A stretch of DNA of 64,000 bases from a virus. Within the stretch, counting starts at the first letter, position 1, and every line of letters begins with the position of its first letter. The stretch is from IMG/VR virus record IMGVR_UViG_3300044814_000017, positions 6,209-70,208 of that record; one strand, given 5' to 3'. The notes beneath the pieces are model-generated. The model was not told the DNA's origin and did not search any database. It worked only from the letters and a program-made list of their open reading frames with translations. This document shows positions 36,870 through 46,022 of the stretch, in pieces. The position numbers and the translations under genes are program-made.

Positions 36870-37625
36870 CTACATCTTGCCCCCTTGAATTACAACGAAG
36901 TTGCGCTTGGTGCGAATCGGCCGGTTCGGTTCCAGCGCGAGGGTGGCATCCAGCAAATCGCCAATCGTCCACACGCGATCTGCGATACCCAGGGCGACGC
37001 CCGGGGTGGTCCGCAGGGCCTCGTGAACGCGGCAGAGGTTGTAGTGGGCCACGTACAGGCTCACAGCGGCCTCATGGTGCGCCAGCTTCTTTGAGAAGCC
37101 GCTGGTTAGCCGGGTGAACCGCCGCGACGACATGCGCAGCGTGAGGTTCTGGCGCTCAACGTAGCTCGTACTGATATGCGAGGGGATGCCGCTTACTACC
37201 TCACGGCTTACCGCTACTACAGCGGCGGGGCTGTAGCGAGTCACGGCGTCTTTTGCGAGGTTGGTTACGCTGTAGGTCTTTACGACAACGCCATGCGTGG
37301 CGCGGTTATTGAAGGCGTCACGGATGGCGTTGCGGTAGGGATGGAAACCGTCCGTGCTGATTTCGGGATTGCCAATCACACGTTCCCGAAGGTCAAAGAG
37401 AAATTCCTGGGTGGTGTCACTGTCGCGCTTGCCGACGCGGTAGCTGATGATCGCTTTGGCGGACGCTGACATTCCGATGAAGGTGTATTGGTCGCCCTTG
37501 TGGCTGATCTCATGGCGCTCAACGCGCTTCTGCTTCTTGCCGACATATCCCCAAATCTCATCGAGTTCTAGGCGGCCGGCGCGAACGCCAACCATCATCC
37601 GATCGTGCAATTCAGCGCATCCGCG
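36870..37625 (-). pseudogene. IS1-family DDE transposase lacking its N-terminal HTH
   Basis: LELDEIWGYVGKK, STDG, STSYVERQNLTLRM..RRFTRLT.GFSKK; transposase-like sequence starts abruptly at RGCAELHD. Confidence 0.88.
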
Positions 37626-38042
37626 CCAGCCGATGCCGCTTGTCTGGACGAATTGCTCTTCACCCATAAGTTTACTGAGGCCGGAGCCCGCGATTTTTTG
37701 AAGGTTTATGACGCGACTATCGCCTTTGCAGGGCTCACGAGTTCTGATAAACCTGACCAGAATGCAAGCGAACAGCCGGACACAGACGAGGCCGAAACGG
37801 ATGGGCAGGATGGAGAAGTTCCGCCGCTCCCGCCACCGCCTCCACCGCCGGGCAACAAGGTGAAAATCATGGCAGGCGAGCGCGAGTTAACAACCGGAAT
37901 GCTGGCAAAGGAAGCGAGCTTCCGCTTGATCGTGAGCGGCAATATCGGCGTGAAGGAAATTGAGCGATTGATTCAGAAGCTTGAAATTGACAAAGAGATT
38001 TTGGCCGACACGACGGACATCACTCCAGAGCTTGAGCAATGA
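37626..38042 (+). pseudogene. C-terminal remnant of a cargo gene
   Basis: Protein-like sequence starts at the same junction as the transposase truncation; no RBS; followed by a hairpin. Confidence 0.55.
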
Positions 38043-38045
38043 AAG

Positions 38046-38067
38046 AGGCCGCCAACTGAGGCGGCCT
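38046..38067. terminator. GC-rich hairpin
   Basis: AGGCCGCC-AACTGA-GGCGGCCT directly after the stop codon. Confidence 0.55.
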
Positions 38068-38122
38068 GACTCGACTCCCGGTAGTGAATTGTGATCCAGT
38101 CTCCAAAACCGGGAGGGTGGCA

Positions 38123-38470
38123 ATGTCTTGGAATAAGGGTAAGGCGAGCGGTTACACGTTGAAGCGATCGGACGCGCCCATAATTTTTGGGATGGTTGCG
38201 CGAGATGATCGAGATCATGACATCGCGGCTTGGTTCGGGGTCAACCAAGGCCGTATCGCAGAAGTGAAGGACGGCAGCAAGTTTGGCACGCCAGCGGCGG
38301 CGCATACATCTACGCTACCACCGAGCGGACCTCCCGGCATCAAGGGCCGGCGACTGCGAAATTCTTGCGAGGCGATCGCGGCAAGCCTGTCAAAAGGGCC
38401 GACGGGATTGGCCGAAGCCCAAAGCGTGCTCAAGGCCGCGATTGATGCTTACGACGCTAATGAGGCGTAA
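38123..38470 (+). CDS. Cargo HTH protein
   Basis: GGGAGG RBS; HDIAAWFGVNQGRIAEV. Confidence 0.75.
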   Translation: MSWNKGKASGYTLKRSDAPIIFGMVARDDRDHDIAAWFGVNQGRIAEVKDGSKFGTPAAAHTSTLPPSGPPGIKGRRLRNSCEAIAASLSKGPTGLAEAQSVLKAAIDAYDANEA

Positions 38471-38473
38471 GAC

Positions 38474-39100
38474 CTATTCGGCTGCGCCATAATCGGATTT
38501 TCGCTCTAGGTTTTTACGGCACGGTGGCACCCACATAAGTCGTGGCAGGCCGTCTGTTTGCTTTTCCCAAACCAACCAAGCGTAGCCGGTAGCTGTCGAG
38601 GCTTTAATATCTAAGCGACCCCGTACCATGGGGACCCGCTCGACAAATTGAGCAAATTTCGTTGGCGGGAACTCGCGAAAAATACCCTGATAGCGCCCGA
38701 CACTTTCAAGGAAAACGGTTCGCGCTAAAATCGCAACGCCTTTTCGGGCGATCGGCAATGCAAGCCTGACAAAATCCTCAGCTAGGCGAAATGGCGGATT
38801 GGTGATCACCCAATCAAAGGCCTTATCGTCGTAAGGGTCATCTACGAAATCCCGGATTTCTCCATACCCATAGGAGAAAGCGTCCGAGGATTGGACGCTT
38901 CTGAAATATTCTTTCAAAACCTTTGCCATGTGCCCCGCACCACATGCAGGCTCAAGGCACGTCAGCTTAGATAGCGACGCCGTATCGGCCACAATATGTT
39001 CCAGTAGACCCCGCGTTGCCCATGGCGGAGTGGGAAAATCATCCGGGCTGTCCTTTGGCTCTGTGCGCTGAGCCATCACAGCATGGGACGTGTTCTGCAT
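38474..39100 (-). CDS. Cargo N6-adenine DNA methyltransferase (small, gamma-type motif order)
   Basis: DDFPTPPW, LEPACGAG, VITNPPF; GAGGAG RBS. Confidence 0.88.
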   Translation of the reverse strand: MQNTSHAVMAQRTEPKDSPDDFPTPPWATRGLLEHIVADTASLSKLTCLEPACGAGHMAKVLKEYFRSVQSSDAFSYGYGEIRDFVDDPYDDKAFDWVITNPPFRLAEDFVRLALPIARKGVAILARTVFLESVGRYQGIFREFPPTKFAQFVERVPMVRGRLDIKASTATGYAWLVWEKQTDGLPRLMWVPPCRKNLERKSDYGAAE

Positions 39101-39451
39101 GGTGCTCCTCGAATCAGTTATGCAAGCGTCGGTTGCTGAGGGTTAACAAAATTCTAATTAGGACAAGGCCTTCGGCAAATTAGGACACCGACGGTCAAAT
39201 ACGGACAGCACCGGATATCGCGCATGGTGGTCGATCGGGCCGTACTTCAATCCAGCGAATCACTTCGGCAATCCGGTCAATATCTGGCCACCGAAACCTT
39301 GTGCCGAGCGCCAACCTGATCGCGGTGCCGCGCAGTTCGGATCGGACATTTGATCTGCCGGAATTTGTCGGCGTGGACGATTCGTGGCATAAGCACTACG
39401 GAACCAAAGTCGCTTGACTTCGTTCCGCCCATTCACCCTGAGGGCTACGCC

Positions 39452-39670
39452 ATGCTAGCTACAGTGGTCACGTTTCTGATTTATCTATGCATCTTCGTGT
39501 TGGTCATATACCTCGCGTTGTGGGTAATCCGCGATGTTCTTGGTATTCCGATTCCGGAGAAGGTTGTTCAAATCTTGTGGGTTATTGTGGCACTTGTCGT
39601 CATCCTTTGGCTGGTGCAGACGGTAATGGGAGGCGGTGGAGGTGCCTTGCGCTTTCCCTCCCTCCGATAG
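39452..39670 (+). CDS. Small two-TM membrane protein
   Basis: Two long hydrophobic stretches. Confidence 0.7.
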   Translation: MLATVVTFLIYLCIFVLVIYLALWVIRDVLGIPIPEKVVQILWVIVALVVILWLVQTVMGGGGGALRFPSLR

Positions 39671-39732
39671 TCGGGTAGAACAGCTTCCACCGTATCCGCC
39701 GCCACCGCCATCAATATGCAAGGGATGCTGAA

Positions 39733-40113
39733 ATGCGTAGGCGATGGTATCATCGTTTCTTGCCGGATTACGAGGTCTTGCGCCGGCTAGATACGCTAGA
39801 GGACAAGCTGGACCTCATAATTCAAGGACAGGAAACAGTCATCATGCCCACTCTTGACGAACTACAGGCCAAAGCCAAAGCCACTCTGGACAAGGTTACC
39901 AGCGATACGGACATCGACAATGCCATCGCCAAGGTCGTCAATGACCAGAACGCGACCATTGCCGATCTCAAGGCGCAGCTTGCCGCAGCTGGCACCGACC
40001 CAGTAAAGCTTCAGGCGCTCTCCGATACGCTGGACGCAATTCTCAAGACCGATACGTCTAACGCCGCTATCGTGGCCGATGCTGTAACGGCAGGAACGCC
40101 AGCCGCCGTATAA
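39733..40113 (+). CDS. Coiled-coil phage protein
   Basis: ORF followed by a terminator; alternative start at 39844. Confidence 0.65.
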   Translation: MRRRWYHRFLPDYEVLRRLDTLEDKLDLIIQGQETVIMPTLDELQAKAKATLDKVTSDTDIDNAIAKVVNDQNATIADLKAQLAAAGTDPVKLQALSDTLDAILKTDTSNAAIVADAVTAGTPAAV

Positions 40114-40136
40114 TCCGGGCATTACATCAATATCCC

Positions 40137-40163
40137 AGCCGCCCTTCGGGGCGGCTTTCGTTT
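40137..40163 (+). terminator. Rho-independent terminator
   Basis: AGCCGCCC-TTCG-GGGCGGCT then TTCGTTT. Confidence 0.85.
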
Positions 40164-40169
40164 GGGCTA

Positions 40170-40198
40170 TTGACGGTTCCAAATTCTTAGGGTATTGC
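40170..40198 (+). promoter_or_regulatory. Putative promoter of the capsid operon
   Basis: TTGACG-N17-TATTGC directly after the terminator. Confidence 0.5.
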
Positions 40199-40368
40199 GG
40201 AATTGCATAACACACCGTGCCGGTGGGAAATTTCTTCTAAGTTGAGACTGAGCAGCGTTCTCTTTCCTCCTTAGATTCGATCCGCTCCAGCGCTGAGCGG
40301 CACCTAAAGGCACCACACTCCAGCGACGCGCGCCGGACGCCTCCACGCAACAGGGAGCGGTTCTGGCT

Positions 40369-40953
40369 ATGGCCAACACGCAAAGTGCCTTCGGATTTCG
40401 GCATATTGGCTTTACGTCCGGTGCCGGTCCCGACTATCAGCTTGCAACGGCGCTGATTTCATCGGCAAACACCACCAAGATTTACCGTGGCGATCCGGTG
40501 GTCAAGATCGCATCATCCAAATATATCGGCCAAGGCGCGGACAATACTACGACATTGGTAGGTATATTCGACGGGTGCGTTTACATTCCGGTCGGCGGCG
40601 GAACACCTCAATGGTCGCCGTCTTGGCCCGGGGCCGCAGCATCTGATGTCACGGCGTACATCATCAACGCGCCGAACGCTTTGTTCCTCGCAGCCGCACT
40701 CCTCACGTCCATCGTTGCCTCGAATATTGGCGAGAACGTCGGCTACGCCATCGGCACCGGCTCAGCGGTTGGCGGCGGCTTCTCGGGCGCGACCATCGAC
40801 CAATCCACCCTTGCCACGACGCTCACCCTGCCCTTCCAGCTTTACAGCCTCTATTCGGGCATCGGGAACGGTGCAGATTCGTCAACGAATTACGGTTGGG
40901 CCGTTGTCGCCTTCAATAACCAGCGGCTCAAGACCCAGACGGGAGTTGTCTAA
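40369..40953 (+). CDS. Capsid decoration/cement-like protein
   Basis: MAN..AFGFR, IYRGDPV, GIFDGC; immediately upstream of and coupled to the capsid gene. Confidence 0.7.
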   Translation: MANTQSAFGFRHIGFTSGAGPDYQLATALISSANTTKIYRGDPVVKIASSKYIGQGADNTTTLVGIFDGCVYIPVGGGTPQWSPSWPGAAASDVTAYIINAPNALFLAAALLTSIVASNIGENVGYAIGTGSAVGGGFSGATIDQSTLATTLTLPFQLYSLYSGIGNGADSSTNYGWAVVAFNNQRLKTQTGVV

Positions 40954-41867
40954 TGCCCATCGCTTTAGCCTCAATCCGATCTGAGCTTCTGCCGGGACTG
41001 TTCGATGTTCGCGGCTCCTACGACATGATTCCTAGACAATGGGACAAAGTTTTCAAAACCCACAAGTCAGCGATGGCGGTCGAGCGCTCCACGCAGATGG
41101 CGTTCGTGGCCCTACCGTTCCTCAAAGACGAGGGCGCGGCTACCCAATTCGATAACAATGCCGGCGAGCGCTTCACGTGGGCATTCGTGCATATCGAGGT
41201 CGCGCTGGGCTACGCGATTACCCGCAAGGCCATCGACGACAACCTCTACAAGGCGCAATTCAACCCGACGAACCTGAAACTGCAGGAAGCCTTTGCGCAG
41301 TTCAAGGAAATCCAGGGCGCCAACGTTCTCAATCTCGGGAATGTCTACAATTCCAGCCAGATCGGCGACGGGAAGGCCCTGTTTGCCACCGATCATCCGA
41401 TCGATGGCGGATCGTGGGCCAATACATCGGCTACACCGAAGTCGCTCAATGAATCGTCTCTGCTCGCCAACATGACCAATGTGCGAACCTCATTCGTCAA
41501 TGAACGGGGATTGCGCATCATGGCCCGGGCGCGTCGGCTGATCGTCCCGCCGAACCTTGAAGCGGTCGCGATCCGGTTGATGAAAACAGAACTACGGCCC
41601 GGAACGGCAATGAACGACGTGAACGCCATCCTGACGCTATCCGGAGGTCTCCCCGAGGGCCATCTTGTGATGGACTTCCTCACCTCCAATTTCGCGTGGT
41701 TCCTCACCACCAATATCGAGGGCTTCATTCATATGCTCCGCATTCCGTATGAGAGCGATATGTGGGTTGATAATATTACAGATAATCTTCTTGTAAAAGC
41801 GTATGAACGTTATTCGATGGGCTACAACGATCCACGCTGTTCTTGGGGCGAATTCCCCTCCAGTTAA
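40953..41867 (+). CDS. Major capsid protein (Mu gpT-like, HK97 fold)
   Basis: ELLPGL, ALGYAIT, GDGKALFATDHP, LIVPPNL, KAYERYS.G..DPR. Confidence 0.9.
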   Translation: MPIALASIRSELLPGLFDVRGSYDMIPRQWDKVFKTHKSAMAVERSTQMAFVALPFLKDEGAATQFDNNAGERFTWAFVHIEVALGYAITRKAIDDNLYKAQFNPTNLKLQEAFAQFKEIQGANVLNLGNVYNSSQIGDGKALFATDHPIDGGSWANTSATPKSLNESSLLANMTNVRTSFVNERGLRIMARARRLIVPPNLEAVAIRLMKTELRPGTAMNDVNAILTLSGGLPEGHLVMDFLTSNFAWFLTTNIEGFIHMLRIPYESDMWVDNITDNLLVKAYERYSMGYNDPRCSWGEFPSS

Positions 41868-41931
41868 ATGCTCATAGACATTCCTTCGTATTGGTGCTAA
41901 TAGTCGGCAATCAATCCGAAGGAGGGATGAA

Positions 41932-43065
41932 ATGAAGGCGATGAATTCCAAGCTGACCATTGATGCCGTGAGGGATGCGCTGGATTTTGATCCAGCCATT
42001 GGCGTCTTTGTGTGGCGTAATCCGCAATCCAATGCTGTGCAATCTGGGGAGGCCGCTGGCGTCATCGCCGCGAACGGGCGGCGCTACATCAACATCGGCG
42101 GTGAGAAGCATATGGCTCACCGGCTGGCATGGTTCTACATCCATGGAACATGGCCGTCCGGTGATGTGAAGCAACCCAATGGTGATTACGATGATTGCCG
42201 CGAGACCAATCTCGTTCTGCAAACGCGCCAAGAGACCGCCTCCAATCGTAGGGTGAATGCAGCCAGCAAGAGCGGGTATCCGGGGGTTAGTTGGGATTCG
42301 AAACGAAACCGTTGGCAGGCTCACATTACTCAGAATTACAAGCAGGTTGCGCTCGGTAACTTCAAAGAATTGGAGGACGCTATTGCTGCGCGCAAGGAGG
42401 CTGAGCAATCGCTGGTCTTAAGCGTTTCCGATGCCGACAAAGAAAAGGCCGCACATGCAATCTCGCGCCGTCGTCGGCAGCGCACCGCATGGACGCGGCT
42501 AATAGTCTTGGGTCAGCCGTTGGGGTGGGTGTCACTGGATGAATTTTGCAGAGATATCGGCGATATCCCGGAAACCAGAACCACCATTGTAGCGGTGGAT
42601 GCATCTCTTCCCATTGGCCCCGGCAACTTCCGATGGTCTCTACCTCTGGACAAGAAGTACGACTTCCAGACTAGGGATGGACGTATTGCGCATGGACGCG
42701 ATCATCGCAAGGCGAACCCTGATATTTATCGCGAACGCGAACTGCGCAAGAGTTTCGGTATCGGGATAGACGATTACAACGCCACGCTAGAGGCGCAAGG
42801 CGGCGTGTGTGCCATTTGCGAGCGTCCAGAGCGCGCTATGCGCGATGGGGAGCCTATACATCTCGCTCAAGACCATGATCATGCCACGATGAAGAATCGT
42901 GGCATTCTCTGTGGCAACTGCAACAAGGCGTTAGGCAAGTTCGAGGATAATCCCGACTTCTTGCGCAACGCCATTGTGTATCTCGCCAAGCATTCGTCGC
43001 CAGACGCGTTTGTGTGTGATGTGGCCGATGCTGACTGGTACACTGCGCCGATGGTTGGGACGTAA
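41932..43065 (+). CDS. Free-standing homing endonuclease: degenerate HNH + AP2 + degenerate HNH + endonuclease VII
   Basis: AHRLAWFY, SGYPGVSW..RWQAHI, CAIC...QDHDH...RGILCGNCNKALG. Confidence 0.85.
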   Translation: MKAMNSKLTIDAVRDALDFDPAIGVFVWRNPQSNAVQSGEAAGVIAANGRRYINIGGEKHMAHRLAWFYIHGTWPSGDVKQPNGDYDDCRETNLVLQTRQETASNRRVNAASKSGYPGVSWDSKRNRWQAHITQNYKQVALGNFKELEDAIAARKEAEQSLVLSVSDADKEKAAHAISRRRRQRTAWTRLIVLGQPLGWVSLDEFCRDIGDIPETRTTIVAVDASLPIGPGNFRWSLPLDKKYDFQTRDGRIAHGRDHRKANPDIYRERELRKSFGIGIDDYNATLEAQGGVCAICERPERAMRDGEPIHLAQDHDHATMKNRGILCGNCNKALGKFEDNPDFLRNAIVYLAKHSSPDAFVCDVADADWYTAPMVGT

Positions 43066-43125
43066 CGGTCGTCATGGCCCCCGAAGATCGGTGACGGGAA
43101 GTTCGCCGGATTAGGAGAATGAGCA

Positions 43126-44094
43126 ATGGCGACGCCCGGATTCAACACCGCAGGCAATAACATTTCATCTCAGTTCGGGATGCCTCTGTACGGCATCTCC
43201 GGACTTCTTCCGTTTACGGGAAATTTTTTCTTCGTTGACGAAACCAATGGCAGCGATGGCAATACCGGCGGTCCTGGGGACGCCCTCAAGACGATTGGTG
43301 CCGCCTATGGCAAGTGCGTGTCTGGCAATAGCGATGTGGTTCTGCTCACCGGCACGGCTCATGTCAGCGCCACTCTCACTTGGGCCAAGAATAAAACCCA
43401 TCTGATAGGTTTGGCTCCCAACCTTCGGTCTCAGGCGCGAGCGCGTATTTCGCAAACCGGATCAAGCGTGTTCACTCCGCTAGTGAACGTTACCGCGACG
43501 GAATGCATTTTCCGCGACATTGGTTCGTTTCATGGATTCGCCGATGCGTCGGCGCAAATCTGTTGGCAGGATGCCGGCGGGCGCAACGAATACACCCGAT
43601 GTCTATTCGGCGGCATGGGGGACGCGACGGCGGCGGCGCAGGCCGGCGGGCGGTCTCTCAAGATCACCGGGACCACGGGGGAGAACACGTTCCGTGAATG
43701 CCAGATCGGCCTAGACACCATTACCCGCAGTGCGGCCAATGCGAGCGTTGAGTTTGCTGGCGGCACGCCGCGCAACGTATTCGACCGTTGCGTGTTCCCG
43801 GCCCTGACATCAAGCGCTACCGCCTTGATGGGGATCGCCACGGGTGCCGCTGCGATGGATCGTTTCCAGCTATTCCAAGATTGCAGCTTCCTCAATGCAC
43901 TCAAGAGCACTGGCATTGCGATGACGGCGGGGTTTTCCTTCACCAGCGCGTCGCCGGGCGGCGAGTTGCTGATGAAAAGCTGCACAGCCATTGGCCTGAC
44001 GAAATGGGGAGATACCAACGCGCTGGCTAATATGTATGTTGACGGCGGCGCGCCGACGGCGGCGACCACTGGCCTTGCCGTAGCGCCGACTTAA
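43126..44094 (+). CDS. Virion structural protein, possible beta-helix
   Basis: FFVD..NGSDGN.G...LKTIGAA motif; AGGAG RBS; follows the capsid gene. Confidence 0.65.
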   Translation: MATPGFNTAGNNISSQFGMPLYGISGLLPFTGNFFFVDETNGSDGNTGGPGDALKTIGAAYGKCVSGNSDVVLLTGTAHVSATLTWAKNKTHLIGLAPNLRSQARARISQTGSSVFTPLVNVTATECIFRDIGSFHGFADASAQICWQDAGGRNEYTRCLFGGMGDATAAAQAGGRSLKITGTTGENTFRECQIGLDTITRSAANASVEFAGGTPRNVFDRCVFPALTSSATALMGIATGAAAMDRFQLFQDCSFLNALKSTGIAMTAGFSFTSASPGGELLMKSCTAIGLTKWGDTNALANMYVDGGAPTAATTGLAVAPT

Positions 44095-44119
44095 CTTGAA
44101 CCTGAAAGGGCATACCGAT

Positions 44120-44380
44120 ATGTCGAGATCACGTCACGCCAAGAATTGCAAAGCCAGCGGCGGTCGTCTGCCCGAAAGGGCTGGTGGCAATCCCGAAGTA
44201 TTCAAGGAAGCTGAGGAGAAGAAAAAGGGTGGCGCGGTCAAGAAGCAGGTTGGCATGGAGGGTGCGAAGTCCAAGCATCGCATGGACCGCCCGCGCAGGG
44301 CATCCGGTGGCCGTGTGGGCTCGGATAAGAACCCGATGAGTTCGGCGCATAGGACATCAGGTCCGGGCGGCGTGAACTGA
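44120..44380 (+). CDS. Small basic protein with three GG motifs
   Basis: KASGGRL, KKKGGAV, RASGGRV. Confidence 0.7.
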   Translation: MSRSRHAKNCKASGGRLPERAGGNPEVFKEAEEKKKGGAVKKQVGMEGAKSKHRMDRPRRASGGRVGSDKNPMSSAHRTSGPGGVN

Positions 44381-44387
44381 GGCGGCG

Positions 44388-44588
44388 ATGGCAAAACTTT
44401 CCGCATCGGATCGGAGGGAGTTGCCTACCAAGGATTTCGCGGGACCTGACCGTTCTTTCCCGGTAAACGACAGGTCTCACGCGAGAGTAGCGCTCGGAAG
44501 GGCGAGTCAATTTCATCCCGAGTTGAAGGCTAAGATTCGGGAAAAGGTCCGCAAGAAGTTTCCTGACATTGACGTGGACGGCGACTGA
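44388..44588 (+). CDS. Small conserved phage protein
   Basis: RRELPTKDFAGPDRSFPVNDRSHARVAL motif. Confidence 0.75.
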   Translation: MAKLSASDRRELPTKDFAGPDRSFPVNDRSHARVALGRASQFHPELKAKIREKVRKKFPDIDVDGD

Positions 44589-44611
44589 GGCGGTCTGAAA
44601 AAGAGGATCGC

Positions 44612-44938
44612 ATGGCGCTTACGCATGAACTCACCTATACGACCACCGGGACCAAGACATCAGTCAACCTTGATGCGTCCATTGTCCCATTCAACGTAAG
44701 CGTGGCATGCACGCTCGTTACTGGTCCCGTGTCCTATAAACTGCAGTACAGCCTATCGGACGTGAACGTGTCCGACGCTGATGCGATATGGTTTGATAGT
44801 ACCGATTTTCCAGCAGCTACGGCGGCAAGCAAGGTCGCGTCAATCACGTCTCCAGTGACGAGGGTTCGCGCCGTCATCGCAACACTCACGGCTGGTTCTC
44901 TCACTCTGCAAACGCTGCAGGGGTGGACCACGAACTGA
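44612..44938 (+). CDS. Beta-rich virion protein
   Basis: GAGGA RBS; Thr/Ser/Val-rich; structural context. Confidence 0.7.
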   Translation: MALTHELTYTTTGTKTSVNLDASIVPFNVSVACTLVTGPVSYKLQYSLSDVNVSDADAIWFDSTDFPAATAASKVASITSPVTRVRAVIATLTAGSLTLQTLQGWTTN

Positions 44939-44944
44939 GGTGGC

Positions 44945-45640
44945 GTGATGGCTTCTAGCGGCACGTCGGACTTTGCCCCATCGATAGGACAGTGCGTCCT
45001 ATCGGCGTATGAGCGTATTCAGGTCCGCGCACCTTCGATCCGTCAAGAGCACATGAATACTGCGCGCATGGAGAGCAATCTCCAGATGGTGCATTTTAGC
45101 AACTTGCAGCCGAATCTATGGAAGGTCGAACTGATTTCCGTAGCGATGGTCAGCGGGACTGCAGTCTACAATATTCCATCCCGTGTTGTGATGATTCTTG
45201 ATGCGTGGATCACCGTGAACCAAGGGCAGTCGTCGGCTTCTGACTTGTACATCACGCCGGTCAGCCGAACCGAATACGCATCTTTCTCCAATAAACAAAC
45301 TCCGGGTCGCCCGACGTGCTTTTGGTTTCAGCGAACTATTCCGGCACAGACGATCACGATGTGGCCTGTGCCAAACTCTAGCAGTACCCTTAACTACTAT
45401 GCGTGCTCTCAGGTGCAGGACACGAACTTACCTGGCGGTGAGACGCCAGACGTTCCATTTTTATGGCTTGATGCGTATGTTGCTGGGATGGCACATCGGT
45501 TTGCTCGCGTGTATAAACCTGAATTGGAGGCGGTTCGAAAAGCTGATGCAAAAGAGGCTTGGGATATTGCCGCTAGTCAGGGAACCGAAAACGTAAGCCT
45601 CAGCCTTTCGCCAAATTTGAGTTCGTACTACCGGAGATAA
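44945..45640 (+). CDS. Head-tail adaptor-like protein
   Basis: SRTEY...NKQTPGRP...TMWPVP pattern. Confidence 0.7.
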   Translation: MMASSGTSDFAPSIGQCVLSAYERIQVRAPSIRQEHMNTARMESNLQMVHFSNLQPNLWKVELISVAMVSGTAVYNIPSRVVMILDAWITVNQGQSSASDLYITPVSRTEYASFSNKQTPGRPTCFWFQRTIPAQTITMWPVPNSSSTLNYYACSQVQDTNLPGGETPDVPFLWLDAYVAGMAHRFARVYKPELEAVRKADAKEAWDIAASQGTENVSLSLSPNLSSYYRR

Positions 45641-45647
45641 ACCCACA

Positions 45648-46022
45648 GTGGCATGGCGTCCTCATCCCCGCAGAACACGCACAGACCCTTTGTCGCCCCA
45701 GGGCTGGGCTACGGATGATCGTAGCGGATTTATCGGTCAGGCTCGGGACTTGGTTGATCAAAAGCAATGGCGCGGCCTTAAATTGATGCCGACTGGCATC
45801 ATGACGTTTCCTGATTTTGTTGATCAGCCACAGCGGCAACTCGGTACAATAATCCTATCGCCTGACCCGATGCCGCTATCTAACGCTCGCCCTGAGAATT
45901 ATCCGATTGATGAAATCTGGCCACGACTCTTGCAGCGTGGGCAGCCTCGCTACTTGCAGCGATCGTCATGCACACGCTCAATGCAGGCATCGGTCTATTT
46001 CCAAACGCAGACAGATTACTGA
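45648..46022 (+). CDS. Conserved virion-region protein
   Basis: DDRSGF...DQPQRQL...DPMPLSNARPE. Confidence 0.65.
   Translation: MAWRPHPRRTRTDPLSPQGWATDDRSGFIGQARDLVDQKQWRGLKLMPTGIMTFPDFVDQPQRQLGTIILSPDPMPLSNARPENYPIDEIWPRLLQRGQPRYLQRSSCTRSMQASVYFQTQTDY

Larger units (their letters stand above)
35764..39212. mobile_element. IS1-family cargo-carrying element, internally deleted
   Basis: Terminal IR GGTGCTGTCC (35764-35773 / 39203-39212), 8-bp duplication GGATATCG (35756-35763, 39213-39220), subterminal TTAGGACA repeats, DDE transposase inside. Confidence 0.92.
35133..39417 (+). pseudogene. FkbM-family methyltransferase: two frameshifts plus IS insertion
   Basis: IDVGANIGTH, YEPQP, LIKIDVEGMEADV; frame change near 35490; after removing the element IGYR continues AWWSIGPYFNPANHFGN; second frame change near 39295. 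Confidence 0.85.

Noticed and set aside
5131-40250. Shared TCTAA..TGAGACTG string at about 5137 and 40236 in two non-coding regions
   Set aside because: Only two imperfect copies; not distinguishable from chance without related genomes
41868-43125. Group I intron interrupting the capsid gene
   Set aside because: The capsid ORF ends with a plausible complete C-terminus, the flanks are only about 60 nt and no intron core is visible
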